Notes: generated by a model from the letters alone, not told the origin. DNA of 15,455 nucleotides from Candidatus Aenigmatarchaeota archaeon (GCA_023137195.1 JAGLPV010000043.1:1-15455), one strand, 5' to 3'. Numbered from the stretch's first letter, positions 1-8,672 are shown. Numbers and translations: made by a program.

Positions 1-20
1 GCTGTGGGGAATTCTCAAGT

Positions 21-44
21 TAAAAAAAAGAAAGAAATAAAGAA
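21..44 (-). terminator. Oligo-T archaeal-type terminator after pilin gene
   Basis: Minus strand reads a nearly pure pyrimidine/T-run (TTCTTTATTTCTTTCTTTTTTTT) immediately after the TAA stop. Confidence 0.45.
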
Positions 45-419
45 TTATGGATTACAAGTTAGTACGAGTTCGCAACTCCCTTGTATTTTTTTACTTACTA
101 TTGTATTAGAAGTACAACAATAAGCAGCTCCTTTATCAAGAGATGTCTCTCCAGTTAGAGCACCCGTTATATCTGTTGTCCCAACCACCTTATGACTGTG
201 TCCTTCGCATGCTATATCAGATCCAGGACATTCCCCTATACTATCCAATGCATCTATGATACCATCGGTAGTTTTATCTATACTATCGCCAGAAGTTTTA
301 TCTATATCTCCTGTAGTATTCGTAACCATCAAAATAATTGCCATAGCTGCAATCAATATCACCACTGCTATTATAACCAGATGCAACATATTTCCCATCT
401 GTCCTTTTTTATATACCAT
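45..419 (-). CDS. Archaeal type IV pilin-like protein with class III signal peptide
   Basis: N-terminus MVYKKG|QMGNMLHLVIIAVVILIAAMAIILMV: basic residues, then Gly|Gln, then a long hydrophobic stretch (PibD/FlaK-type prepilin signal). C-terminal half has 6 Cys. ATG at 419 preferred over TTG at 425. Confidence 0.75.
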   Translation of the reverse strand: MVYKKGQMGNMLHLVIIAVVILIAAMAIILMVTNTTGDIDKTSGDSIDKTTDGIIDALDSIGECPGSDIACEGHSHKVVGTTDITGALTGETSLDKGAAYCCTSNTIVSKKIQGSCELVLTCNP

Positions 420-461
420 AATCAATCATATTTTATTATATATTATTTAGACATTTAAATC

Positions 462-506
462 TATATAAACTTTTTGGTTTTATCGCGTGTTTTTTATAAA
501 CCTTTC
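462..506 (-). promoter_or_regulatory. Candidate BRE+TATA promoters for the pilin gene
   Basis: Minus strand has CCAAAAAG-TTTATATA (462-477) and GAAAGG-TTTATAAA (493-506), both matching archaeal BRE-TATA architecture. Confidence 0.5.
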
Positions 507-542
507 AATAACAACCACCACAATACGAACACAACCAATAAC

Positions 543-560
543 CGCCTAAAAGCTTAAAAA
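543..560 (+). promoter_or_regulatory. Candidate BRE+TATA for gpmI (probably leaderless mRNA)
   Basis: CGCCTAAAAG-CTTAAAAA lies about 21-28 nt upstream of ATG 581, with no obvious SD sequence. Confidence 0.4.
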
Positions 561-580
561 CATAAAACGCCAATTATTCT

Positions 581-2197
581 ATGCTTCTTTCAAAAAAATC
601 AAAAAAACCCCTCGTCCTTATAATCCGTGACGGCTGGGGTGTTAACGAAATAAAAAACGGAAACGCCATCCTACAGGCAAAAACCCCGAACATGGATTAC
701 CTCCTAAGCCACTACCCCAACTGCATGATTGCCGCATCAGGCATAGACGTAGGACTCCCTTACGGATGCCAGGGCTCCTCTGAAGTAGGACACATGAACA
801 TGGGAGCAGGAAGAATTGTAGTCCAAGAATTAAAAAGAATCAACGACGCAGTTGACGACGAAAGCATCCTAACAAAGAAAAAATTCAACGAACTGACAAA
901 AAAATGCTCATACCGCAAATCCTCTCTCCACTTAATGGGTCTAATACAAGACGAAGGAGTACACGCCCACCAGGACCACTTATTCGGCATCCTAAAAATA
1001 CTAAACGAGCAAAAATTCACCCAAAAAATACATATCCATTTCTTCGCCGACGGAAGGGACACCCCTCCGAGAAGCTCTCAAAAATACGCAAAAATACTGG
1101 AAAACAAAATTGCAGAATTCAAAAACATAGACTGCTCTGTTGCCACAATAATGGGAAGATATTATTCAATGGACAGGAACAAAGCATGGAATCTCACAGA
1201 CCTAGCCTACCTTGTCCTCACAAACCCCACCCAAGCCATAAACACAAACACAGCAAGAAAAGAAAACACAATTACCAACGCAATAAAAACAAGCTATTCA
1301 ACAGATATATGCCCTGACAAATCCCCTATGTTCGACGAATATATTCACCCAACAGTTCTTAACAATTACGACGGAATGAAAGAAGGAGACTGCATACTAA
1401 ACTTCAACTTCAGACAAGACAGAGCAATACAACTAACAAAAGCCTTCACAGACAGCAACTACCCCGGAAACATAGAAAAAATAAATGTAGACTATTACGG
1501 CATGACAAGATATTACGACGAATTCACAAATTACATATTTGAACCATTAGAAGACATCCAGAACATGGATAATCTCCTGGGACAAATCCTGTCAAAAGCA
1601 AAATTAAAGCAATTAAGAATCTCAGAAACCCAAAAATTCCCGCATGTAACAATGTTTTTCAACGGGAAAAAAACAACCCCCTTTGACAGCAACACAGAAG
1701 TCTGGGAAGAAATAGTAAACAAAACCGATCAGGGCTTGCTTTCCCAAACCCCTAAAATGAAAGCACATGAACTGACAAAAAAAGTAATAGACTACATCGA
1801 CAAAAAAACCTACGACGTAATCATAGTAAATTTCCCAAATGGCGACATGATAGGACACACAGGAAACTTCCCTGCCTGCCTAACCGCAGTAAAAACAATA
1901 GATGACTGCGTAGGAAAAATCGCAAAAAAAATCATAGAAACAGACGGAACAGCACTAATAACCTCAGACCACGGGAATGTAGAAGAAATGATAGACTACA
2001 AAACAAACAAAACAAAAACAGCACACACAACAAACCTAGTCAACCTAATCTATGTCGCAAATGACGCGAAAAACATAAAATTAAGACGATGCGGCAGACT
2101 AGCTGACATCATGCCAACAATGTTACACATACTAGGAATAAAACAAAATTTAGACAATGTAAAAGAAGAACTAAAAGGAAAAAACCTTATTCTCTAA
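581..2197 (+). CDS. gpmI: 2,3-bisphosphoglycerate-independent phosphoglycerate mutase (bacterial-type GpmI)
   Basis: Family motifs LIIRDGWG, GSSEVGH (catalytic Ser), DGRDTPP, MGRYYSMDR, NFRQDRA, SETQKFPHVTMFFNG, NGDMIGHTG, TSDHGNVE, TAHTTN. Confidence 0.96.
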   Translation: MLLSKKSKKPLVLIIRDGWGVNEIKNGNAILQAKTPNMDYLLSHYPNCMIAASGIDVGLPYGCQGSSEVGHMNMGAGRIVVQELKRINDAVDDESILTKKKFNELTKKCSYRKSSLHLMGLIQDEGVHAHQDHLFGILKILNEQKFTQKIHIHFFADGRDTPPRSSQKYAKILENKIAEFKNIDCSVATIMGRYYSMDRNKAWNLTDLAYLVLTNPTQAINTNTARKENTITNAIKTSYSTDICPDKSPMFDEYIHPTVLNNYDGMKEGDCILNFNFRQDRAIQLTKAFTDSNYPGNIEKINVDYYGMTRYYDEFTNYIFEPLEDIQNMDNLLGQILSKAKLKQLRISETQKFPHVTMFFNGKKTTPFDSNTEVWEEIVNKTDQGLLSQTPKMKAHELTKKVIDYIDKKTYDVIIVNFPNGDMIGHTGNFPACLTAVKTIDDCVGKIAKKIIETDGTALITSDHGNVEEMIDYKTNKTKTAHTTNLVNLIYVANDAKNIKLRRCGRLADIMPTMLHILGIKQNLDNVKEELKGKNLIL

Positions 2198-2201
2198 TAA
2201 C

Positions 2202-2273
2202 ATCCACAAGATTCTCGACGATTAACACAAGATTAAAATAAAATCTCGTGGAAATATGTGTTAATCTGTGGAT
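2202..2273. repeat. Imperfect inverted repeat built of three tandem 10-11 nt CAC(n)nGATT units per arm
   Basis: Left arm: TCCACAAGATT/CTCGACGATT/AACACAAGATT (2203-2234). Right arm 2242-2272, reverse-complemented: TCCACAGATT/AACACATATT/TCCACGAGATT. A-rich spacer of 7 nt. Confidence 0.75.
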
Positions 2274-2281
2274 TAAAACAG

Positions 2282-2358
2282 TTCCCGTGGGTTATTCAAT
2301 GAAATTGAATATGCAGAAAATCTATGGAATTTTCCCGCATCCGTGCGTTCTGTGAATT
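2282..2358 (-). repeat. Structured dispersed repeat, copy A (double-hairpin module inside CCACGGA-type units)
   Basis: Reverse complement of 2285-2320 matches 9485-9520 at 33/36 nt. 2340-2358 matches 9558-9576 directly at 17/19 nt. Contains TATTCAAT-GAA-ATTGAATA (2293-2311) and a bulged hairpin at 2311-2340. Confidence 0.85.
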
Positions 2359-3479
2359 TAATTATTCCTCTCCTTCTTTTTTTCAATCTGCTCTTCCATT
2401 CGATTAACTGCCTTTGAAAAATCATATTGAAATCCCTTGTTTTGGCTCGTCGAAATAAACACTCCTCTTTTAGAAGCCAGACGCATTCTCACATGACTAT
2501 TTGTAGAAGAATGCTCCTTAGCATAAACAAAAAGCACACTGCCTATCCCTAAATAACTCCCATACTTACGCACAAGCCCGGACATTTTCTTTTCTATAAT
2601 TTCCCTGTCAATAGTTTCCTTATTGACCCCGGACAAAGACAAAACATACTTCATAGAATCTTCTGCCGCAGGCTTATTTTTCAGGATAGCCTCATATAAA
2701 TCCGTAATTGTCACAATACCAATTATCTTATCTTCCTTGTCTATAATCAAAACAGATGATATGTGTTTTTTCAAAAACAAATTTGCTGCATTCTCGAGAG
2801 ATTCTGTACTCTTAAGAGTAATTAAAGGATATGTCGCAATATCCAAGACCGGTGAAGAAAGAGATTTCATTTTTTCATCTACAATCTCGCCACGCGCAAT
2901 TCGATCAGATGGATATACAACCTTGGTTATAACATCATGCAAAGCAACTATTCCTGACACTTCTTCTTTTTCATCCCTTGTCAAAATACGGCTGACATTA
3001 TTTTCCCTCATCATATTCATTACCGTGGAAATCGGAGTTTTTTCATCCGCGTAAATCAAATCTTCTGTCATAACAGAACTAAGCTTTTCCTTGGCAACAG
3101 GAGTATTTTTCAATTTCTCAAAAAACAATTCATTATTTATACACCCAACAACCTTATTATCCTTCAGGACAGGAAGAAATCGCATTTTCGTCTGTATCAT
3201 TTTTTCTGCCGTCTTAAATACGCTCTCATCAATATCTACCATGGGTGTATTAACAACAACACTACCTATATTATGATGCTTTGGATCAAAACGCGAACGA
3301 ACAATTGAACGCTCTGTAACTATGCCTTTGTAATCATTCTTATCAAATACAAAACACACCCTTTTTTTGTTCCTGAATATTTTTAATGCATCTGCTATCG
3401 AAGTAGATATATCTATCTTCTCGTAATTTTCACTCATTATGTCGCCTGCCACTATATTCTCCATTTTTATCCCTTCCAT
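2358..3479 (-). CDS. Tandem CBS-domain protein (2 Bateman modules) with C-terminal HPF/RaiA-like domain; putative archaeal ribosome hibernation factor (Hib-like)
   Basis: Four CBS repeats (GIVTERSIV, FLPVLKDNKVVGCI, GIVALHDVI, IIGIVTITDL). The C-terminal ~95 aa follow the HPF/RaiA beta-alpha-beta-beta-beta-alpha pattern and end FSKAVNRMEEQIEKKKE (cf. AIDxAVDKLERQLRKxKEK). Alternative start at Met6 (3464). Confidence 0.8.
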   Translation of the reverse strand: MEGIKMENIVAGDIMSENYEKIDISTSIADALKIFRNKKRVCFVFDKNDYKGIVTERSIVRSRFDPKHHNIGSVVVNTPMVDIDESVFKTAEKMIQTKMRFLPVLKDNKVVGCINNELFFEKLKNTPVAKEKLSSVMTEDLIYADEKTPISTVMNMMRENNVSRILTRDEKEEVSGIVALHDVITKVVYPSDRIARGEIVDEKMKSLSSPVLDIATYPLITLKSTESLENAANLFLKKHISSVLIIDKEDKIIGIVTITDLYEAILKNKPAAEDSMKYVLSLSGVNKETIDREIIEKKMSGLVRKYGSYLGIGSVLFVYAKEHSSTNSHVRMRLASKRGVFISTSQNKGFQYDFSKAVNRMEEQIEKKKERNN

Positions 3480-3483
3480 AATT

Positions 3484-4248
3484 TTACCTCTTTATTCTCT
3501 CAATATCTATCATATTCTTCTTTGAATCTGAAAAAGCCATAATCTTCCTGTTGATTTCCTTGTATTTTTTCTCGCATTCCTGATAATCCACTCCTGTTAT
3601 CTTTAGACGGTAATTCGGCGCAGATACATAATCTACATTAACCTTCTCCTCTTCAACATCCAGCATTTCCTTTATTTTGTTAAGCCCGTCACAATCATAT
3701 GACTTAACGGATATATTAGCGCATATAGATACCTCTTTTTTCACTATGCTTTTCTTTACAAGCTCATACAAATCTTCTGTAAACTTTTTGTCCAACTTGA
3801 ATTCCTTTGAAAACTTTTCATATCCTTCTTCACCAAGATATTCAAACGCTTCCTTTATTGAATAAAATTTATCCAACAGCATTTTTCTAATATCTTCAAA
3901 TGACTTGGCTGACTTGTTTTTGGCAACAAACATTTTAAGCAGGTTATTAGACTTCTGCTCCATCTTGTATTCTTTCTCTCTGTCCCTTGAAACATTCACA
4001 GGAACCTGTTTGAACGACAAATTAATATAAGAACGATGCCTGTCTACTCTCAAGACCCTCGCAACTTTCACCTGGTTTGGCTTTATGAATTTTTTGATAT
4101 CCTTTATCCAGCAGTTCGCAATTTCAGAAAGATGAACAAACCCGCTAACATCCGCATATTCCTCCATTGAAACAATCGCACTGTTTGGGCTTATTTCCTT
4201 TATCCTGACAATTATATATTCTCCTTCCTCAGGAATTCTCTTTTCCAT
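3484..4248 (-). CDS. eif2a: Translation initiation factor aIF-2 subunit alpha
   Basis: N-terminal S1 domain (PEEGEYIIVRIKEI...GFVHLSEIANCWIKDI...RVLRVDRHRSYINLSFK), C-terminal YVSAPNYRLKITGVDY motif, and 254 aa length typical of archaeal IF2-alpha. Confidence 0.93.
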   Translation of the reverse strand: MEKRIPEEGEYIIVRIKEISPNSAIVSMEEYADVSGFVHLSEIANCWIKDIKKFIKPNQVKVARVLRVDRHRSYINLSFKQVPVNVSRDREKEYKMEQKSNNLLKMFVAKNKSAKSFEDIRKMLLDKFYSIKEAFEYLGEEGYEKFSKEFKLDKKFTEDLYELVKKSIVKKEVSICANISVKSYDCDGLNKIKEMLDVEEEKVNVDYVSAPNYRLKITGVDYQECEKKYKEINRKIMAFSDSKKNMIDIERIKR

Positions 4249-4269
4249 AATGTTTAAAACAATTAAAAC

Positions 4270-4284
4270 ATTATAAAGTTAAAC
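4270..4284 (-). promoter_or_regulatory. Candidate TATA box for aIF2-alpha/CBS-HPF operon
   Basis: Minus strand TTTATAAT at 4270-4277, about 22-29 nt upstream of ATG 4248, consistent with a leaderless transcript. Confidence 0.4.
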
Positions 4285-4335
4285 AAATTCAGATTTCAAC
4301 AGGCTCTGTTTTTTATACACCTCTGTAAAACACAA

Positions 4336-4352
4336 CCGCAAATCTTTATATA
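4336..4352 (+). promoter_or_regulatory. BRE+TATA promoter of the surface protein/ABC operon
   Basis: CCGCAAATC-TTTATATA is a near-consensus archaeal BRE-TATA about 70 nt upstream of ATG 4424. Confidence 0.55.
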
Positions 4353-4423
4353 TTTCTTATGCCATAAATCTATATGTTTACCGATTTAAACCTTAATTTA
4401 AACTAAATAAAAAAAGTGAAAAA

Positions 4424-5593
4424 ATGAAATATAAAACAATATTCTTGTTGTTATTGCTAACAACACTGTTTGCAAACCTCTCGTTCGCAAACTTAAATGC
4501 AGACACATCTAACCTAAAAATAGTAGCCGAAGAAGTAACCCCCGAACCGGTAGAACCGGGACAGGATGTCACAGTCAAAGCAAGAATCTACAACTACGGC
4601 AACGACATCGCAAAAGATGTAAATGTAAAATTAAATGCAAAATACCCATTCTACTTAAAAACCCAAAGCAGTAATTTTGCAGACTACAACGACCTCTGCA
4701 TCTATTGCTCAAAAGACAACACTTATTACCTTACTGTTGATGCAAACGCAGTTTCAGGTATCTACCCAATAGAATTTGAAATATACGCAGACAAAGGCAA
4801 CGCAAAAAAAACACAGTCAATAAATATTATAGTCATAGGAATCCCGGACATTGTATTTGAAGCAGAACCTGTAAAAAAAACAGTTATGCCAAATGAAAAA
4901 TTCACGGCCCAATTGACTTTCAAAAACATAGGAACCGGCATTGCAAGAAATATAAAAATCACCCCTCAGTCAACGAATTTCATCAAACTAGGAAGCGGTC
5001 TGGACGTAATTGAAGAAATAAATCCAAAAGAGGAAAGAACAATCAACATCAGTTTCAATGTCGCAGAAACACTTACTCCTAACACCTACAACATCCCTGT
5101 CCAAATCCGTTTCACCGATGAGCGAAGCAACAAGTACAACATCTCAGAAAACTTCGGCATAAAAGTAGTCCACGGCGCAACACTAGGATTGCAGAACCTA
5201 AAAATTACCCCTCAAAACAACATAAAAGAAGGAGACGAAGTTGAAATACAAATAAGAATTGAAAACACAGGCAACGGCAATGCCCAAAATGTAAAAGTCG
5301 TTCTCGACTCCGGGATGGAAGGCAATAAAATAGCATACCTCGGGAGAATTGAAAAAAACGATGACGAGCCGACAATATTTACACTAACAGCACAAAATAG
5401 GGGAAGAATAAAAAACAACCTGAAAATAACATTCAACGATGATTTTGGAGAGCATGAATTAAACGAAGAATTTTTTATCAATATAGAAGAAAACAAAAAG
5501 CAAAATTCAATGACCATAGTATTTGCTTGTCTTGGATTAACTATACTTGCTGCTTTTCTTGGTGGACTGAAAAGAAAGAAAATGAATCAATAA
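4424..5593 (+). CDS. COG1361 S-layer-domain/CARDB-like Ig-fold surface protein
   Basis: N-terminal signal peptide. Three CARDB-like repeats (PVEPGQDVTVKARIYNYGNDIAKDV; PNEKFTAQLTFKNIGTGIARNI; EGDEVEIQIRIENTGNGNAQNV). C-terminal TM helix with basic tail. Lies upstream of MacB-type ABC genes, as is usual for this family. Confidence 0.8.
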   Translation: MKYKTIFLLLLLTTLFANLSFANLNADTSNLKIVAEEVTPEPVEPGQDVTVKARIYNYGNDIAKDVNVKLNAKYPFYLKTQSSNFADYNDLCIYCSKDNTYYLTVDANAVSGIYPIEFEIYADKGNAKKTQSINIIVIGIPDIVFEAEPVKKTVMPNEKFTAQLTFKNIGTGIARNIKITPQSTNFIKLGSGLDVIEEINPKEERTINISFNVAETLTPNTYNIPVQIRFTDERSNKYNISENFGIKVVHGATLGLQNLKITPQNNIKEGDEVEIQIRIENTGNGNAQNVKVVLDSGMEGNKIAYLGRIEKNDDEPTIFTLTAQNRGRIKNNLKITFNDDFGEHELNEEFFINIEENKKQNSMTIVFACLGLTILAAFLGGLKRKKMNQ

Positions 5594-5600
5594 AAAAATT

Positions 5601-6317
5601 ATGAATAAAAAAGAATTAAACAAAAGATTATTGGATTTCATAAGCATACATTCCATTGAAGAAGTAAAATCACTAATAAAACAAGGCGCAGATGTTAATG
5701 CAAAAGATATTTCCAATGATAGAGGTACTGCCCTTATACGTGCATGTCACGAATATAATTTCAGGATTGCAAAACTCTTAATTGAACATGGCGCAGATGT
5801 AAATGCAAAGAACAAACTAAATGAAACTCCCTTGATGTATGCAGCAGGAAGGGAATCTTTAGATATCACAAAACTATTGCTAAAAAAAGGCGCAGATGTT
5901 AATGCAAAAGATAAAAAAGGCAATACAGCACTGTTCTATGGAGTTAAATATACCTGCTCTTCTAAAATCACAAGATTATTGATAAAAAATGGCGCAGATG
6001 TAAATGCAAAAAATAAAATTAATCAGACTGCATTGATGCTTGTAACATCAGACAATTGCTATTATAATTACAATATAATCTCATTGATAAAAAACGGGGC
6101 TGATGTAAATGCAAAAGACAATGAAAACGAAACACCATTAATGTATACAGCTAAAGATAATCACATCAAAATGGCAAAATTCCTAGTAAAAAATGGTGCA
6201 TATGTAAATGCAAAAAACAAAAAAGGACAAACAGCATCAACAATAGCAAAGGAGACCAATAAAGAAATAATAGACTTTCTTGAAAAAAAAGAAAAAATAT
6301 GGATAAAAAAAAATTAA
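5601..6317 (+). CDS. Ankyrin repeat protein (paralog 1)
   Basis: About 6 repeats of ~33 aa with consensus T(P/A)LxxA...KLLIxxGADVNAK. Confidence 0.93.
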   Translation: MNKKELNKRLLDFISIHSIEEVKSLIKQGADVNAKDISNDRGTALIRACHEYNFRIAKLLIEHGADVNAKNKLNETPLMYAAGRESLDITKLLLKKGADVNAKDKKGNTALFYGVKYTCSSKITRLLIKNGADVNAKNKINQTALMLVTSDNCYYNYNIISLIKNGADVNAKDNENETPLMYTAKDNHIKMAKFLVKNGAYVNAKNKKGQTASTIAKETNKEIIDFLEKKEKIWIKKN

Positions 6318-6957
6318 AGAATAAATTAACCAATGCCATACAACTAAATTACTTTGAAGAAGTAAAATCACTAATAAAACAAGGCGCAGATGTTAATGCA
6401 AAATATCCCTTTAATTACACCCCTTTAACGTATGCTAGTTGCCTCAATAATTCAAAGATTGCAAAACTACTAATTGAACATGGTGCGGATGTTAATGCCG
6501 AGAACATAGTAAATGCAACGCCCTTGATGTTTGCAACCGGATGTGATTCTCCCAATGTCGCAAAACTACTAATTGAACATGGCGCCAAGGTAGATGCAAA
6601 AGATAAAATAAAGCAGACTTCTTTAATGACAACAGCAGGAAATGGTTCTATTGATGTCGCAAAATTATTGATAAAAAAAGGCGCGGATGTAAATGCTAAA
6701 AATACAATTAATCAGACAATATTAATGTTGGCAATATCACGAAACCACATCAATATTGCAAAATTATTAGTAAAAAACAAAGCAGATATAAACGCAAAAG
6801 ACAACGAAAACGAAACACCATTAATGTATGCCGCCAAATACAATTCCATGGAAATAGCAAAACTTCTAATAAAACAAGGCGCAGATGTAAATGCAAAAAA
6901 CAAAAAAGGACAAACAGCATCAACAATAGCAAAGGAGACCAATAAAGAAATAATAGA
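5656..6957 (+). repeat. Direct-repeat blocks shared by the tandem ankyrin genes
   Basis: 5656-5705 = 6354-6403 (50 nt identical). 6202-6274 = 6885-6957 (73 nt identical). 6111-6146 vs 6794-6829 differ at one base. Confidence 0.85.
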
Positions 6958-6979
6958 ATTTCTTGGAAAAAAAGAATAA
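6299..6979 (+). CDS. Ankyrin repeat protein (paralog 2)
   Basis: About 6 TPLxxA...KLLIEHGADVNA repeats. Shares identical 50-nt and 73-nt DNA blocks with paralog 1. Confidence 0.93.
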   Translation: MDKKKLKNKLTNAIQLNYFEEVKSLIKQGADVNAKYPFNYTPLTYASCLNNSKIAKLLIEHGADVNAENIVNATPLMFATGCDSPNVAKLLIEHGAKVDAKDKIKQTSLMTTAGNGSIDVAKLLIKKGADVNAKNTINQTILMLAISRNHINIAKLLVKNKADINAKDNENETPLMYAAKYNSMEIAKLLIKQGADVNAKNKKGQTASTIAKETNKEIIEFLGKKE

Positions 6980-6980
6980 T

Positions 6981-7466
6981 ATGAAACCAAAAAATACCCT
7001 AATCACCTACGCAACAAAACACGACTCTACCAAAAAATGCGCAGAAAAACTTGCAGAAAAACTTGACAAAGCAACCATTGTAAATCTAAAAGATGAACCA
7101 AATCCAGACCTCTCCAGTTACGATACAATAATAATTGGCGGACCAATATATGCAGGACAAATGCAAAAAGAAGTCAATACATTCTGCAAAAATAATCTAC
7201 TGCAACTAAAGCAAAAAACAATCGGTCTTTTTATCTGCTGTATGAACGACGATCAGGCAGAACTGCAATTAAAAAAAGCATTCCCTGAAGAATTATACTC
7301 TCTTGCAATTGCCAAAGATTCTTTTGGTGGTGAATTCAACTTTGAAAAAATGAATTTCTTTGAAAAAATTATCACAAGAATGATTGCAAAACAAAAAAAT
7401 AGTATTTCAAAAATACATGAAGACAGAATCCTGAAATTCTCAAATACTATCAAGAAAACCATATAA
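6981..7466 (+). CDS. Flavodoxin-domain protein (HemG/Flavodoxin_5-like)
   Basis: LITYATKHDSTKKCAEKLA (FMN-binding loop), YDTIIIGGPIYAG, FGGEFNFEKMNFFEKII. ATG at 6981 follows the ankyrin 2 stop. Confidence 0.85.
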   Translation: MKPKNTLITYATKHDSTKKCAEKLAEKLDKATIVNLKDEPNPDLSSYDTIIIGGPIYAGQMQKEVNTFCKNNLLQLKQKTIGLFICCMNDDQAELQLKKAFPEELYSLAIAKDSFGGEFNFEKMNFFEKIITRMIAKQKNSISKIHEDRILKFSNTIKKTI

Positions 7467-7476
7467 TAAAACCATT

Positions 7477-8670
7477 ATGTTAACCGATATAAAAACAGCT
7501 TTTTTCATGGCAACACGTGAAATAAAAAGAGGCAATAAAGGAACCGTCATTGTCACAGTCTTTATAATGACCCTCGCAGTTCTAAACCTCCTTTTCATGC
7601 CATGCCTCCTAGACGGAATGGACCACAAAAACAAACTCCAGGTTATCGATGCAAAATTCGGTCATGTTGTAATAGAACCAAAAGAAGGAGATTCCTTAAT
7701 TCTCAACCCACGCTCATTACAGAAAAAAATAAATTCATTCAATGAAGTTCAAGGCGTCTCCCTGCAATACTCTGTTGGCGCAACTCTCTATTATAATGAC
7801 AAATCTCTCGGTCGTTCCATTACTTTTATTGACCCAATAGACGAAGATTCAGTAACAACCATTGCAGAAAGTATTGTTGAAGGATCTTACTTAAGCAAAC
7901 TCGACACAGATGAAATATTAATCGGCAGTGAATCCGCAGGCACTCACAATCCAATAGACATCTCTAATTCCCTTGGAGGCATAGCAACAGGAGATTATGT
8001 AGAAATAAAATACAATAATGGCATAATAAAAAAATATCGCGTAAAAGGAATATACAAAACAAACTTCATAAATGCAGATTACAGCCTATTCCTCAACAAC
8101 AAAGAAATGGAAAATATATTTGGCACAAATGACAGGGCAGACACCATACTAATTAGACTAAAAAAAGAAAACATGGAGTACGATTTTATAAAAAAATTAA
8201 CGCAAATCGGTATTGGCGAAGACATATTTAATAGCCGTGATCGCGCCGGGCTGGAAATCTCACAAATATTTGGCATCATTAAGATGATTTTGGCAATTAT
8301 TGCAATTTTAGTTTCTGTAACAACCCTATTTATCGTAATATACATTGACGCCATCAATAAAAGAAAAATAATTGCAGTGATTAATGCAATAGGAGTGAAC
8401 CGGAAAATAATAATATATTCATTTATATTCCAGTCCATATTTTATTCAGTAAGCGGAATACTAATTGGACTGTTCCTCTTATACTACCTAATTGTGCCTT
8501 ATTTTATTGCAAACCCATTTATGATGCCCTTTGGAGCAGTAAGCTTGCTGGTAGAAACAGAAGTCGTCGTCAACAGGATGATTGCATTGATAGTAACCGC
8601 AATAATCGCAGGATTCGTGCCGGCATACCAGGTTACAAAACAAAACATAGTGGAGGCAATGAGAAGTTAA
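7477..8670 (+). CDS. ABC transporter permease, MacB/FtsX/LolE family
   Basis: One N-terminal TM, a large extracytoplasmic domain (GSYLSKLDTDEILIG, YRVKGIY), KRKIIAVINAIG, three C-terminal TMs, and an ending GFVPAYQVTKQNIVEAMR. Confidence 0.9.
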   Translation: MLTDIKTAFFMATREIKRGNKGTVIVTVFIMTLAVLNLLFMPCLLDGMDHKNKLQVIDAKFGHVVIEPKEGDSLILNPRSLQKKINSFNEVQGVSLQYSVGATLYYNDKSLGRSITFIDPIDEDSVTTIAESIVEGSYLSKLDTDEILIGSESAGTHNPIDISNSLGGIATGDYVEIKYNNGIIKKYRVKGIYKTNFINADYSLFLNNKEMENIFGTNDRADTILIRLKKENMEYDFIKKLTQIGIGEDIFNSRDRAGLEISQIFGIIKMILAIIAILVSVTTLFIVIYIDAINKRKIIAVINAIGVNRKIIIYSFIFQSIFYSVSGILIGLFLLYYLIVPYFIANPFMMPFGAVSLLVETEVVVNRMIALIVTAIIAGFVPAYQVTKQNIVEAMRS

Positions 8671-8672
8671 TT

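Noticed and set aside
2198-2357. CRISPR array or mini-array
   Set aside because: No identical direct repeats with regular unique spacers, and no cas genes in the window. The same applies to 9342-9574.
6281-6317. Programmed frameshift or single fused ankyrin gene at the A-runs
   Set aside because: Both ORFs have their own homologous N-cap (MNKKEL/MDKKKL) and C-cap, so they are complete separate paralogs. The overlap is explained by loss of a stop codon, although a homopolymer sequencing error cannot be excluded.
5601-6979. Diversity-generating retroelement TR/VR pair in the ankyrin repeats
   Set aside because: Shared blocks are identical or nearly so rather than differing specifically at adenines. 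Both copies are coding, and no reverse transcriptase is present.
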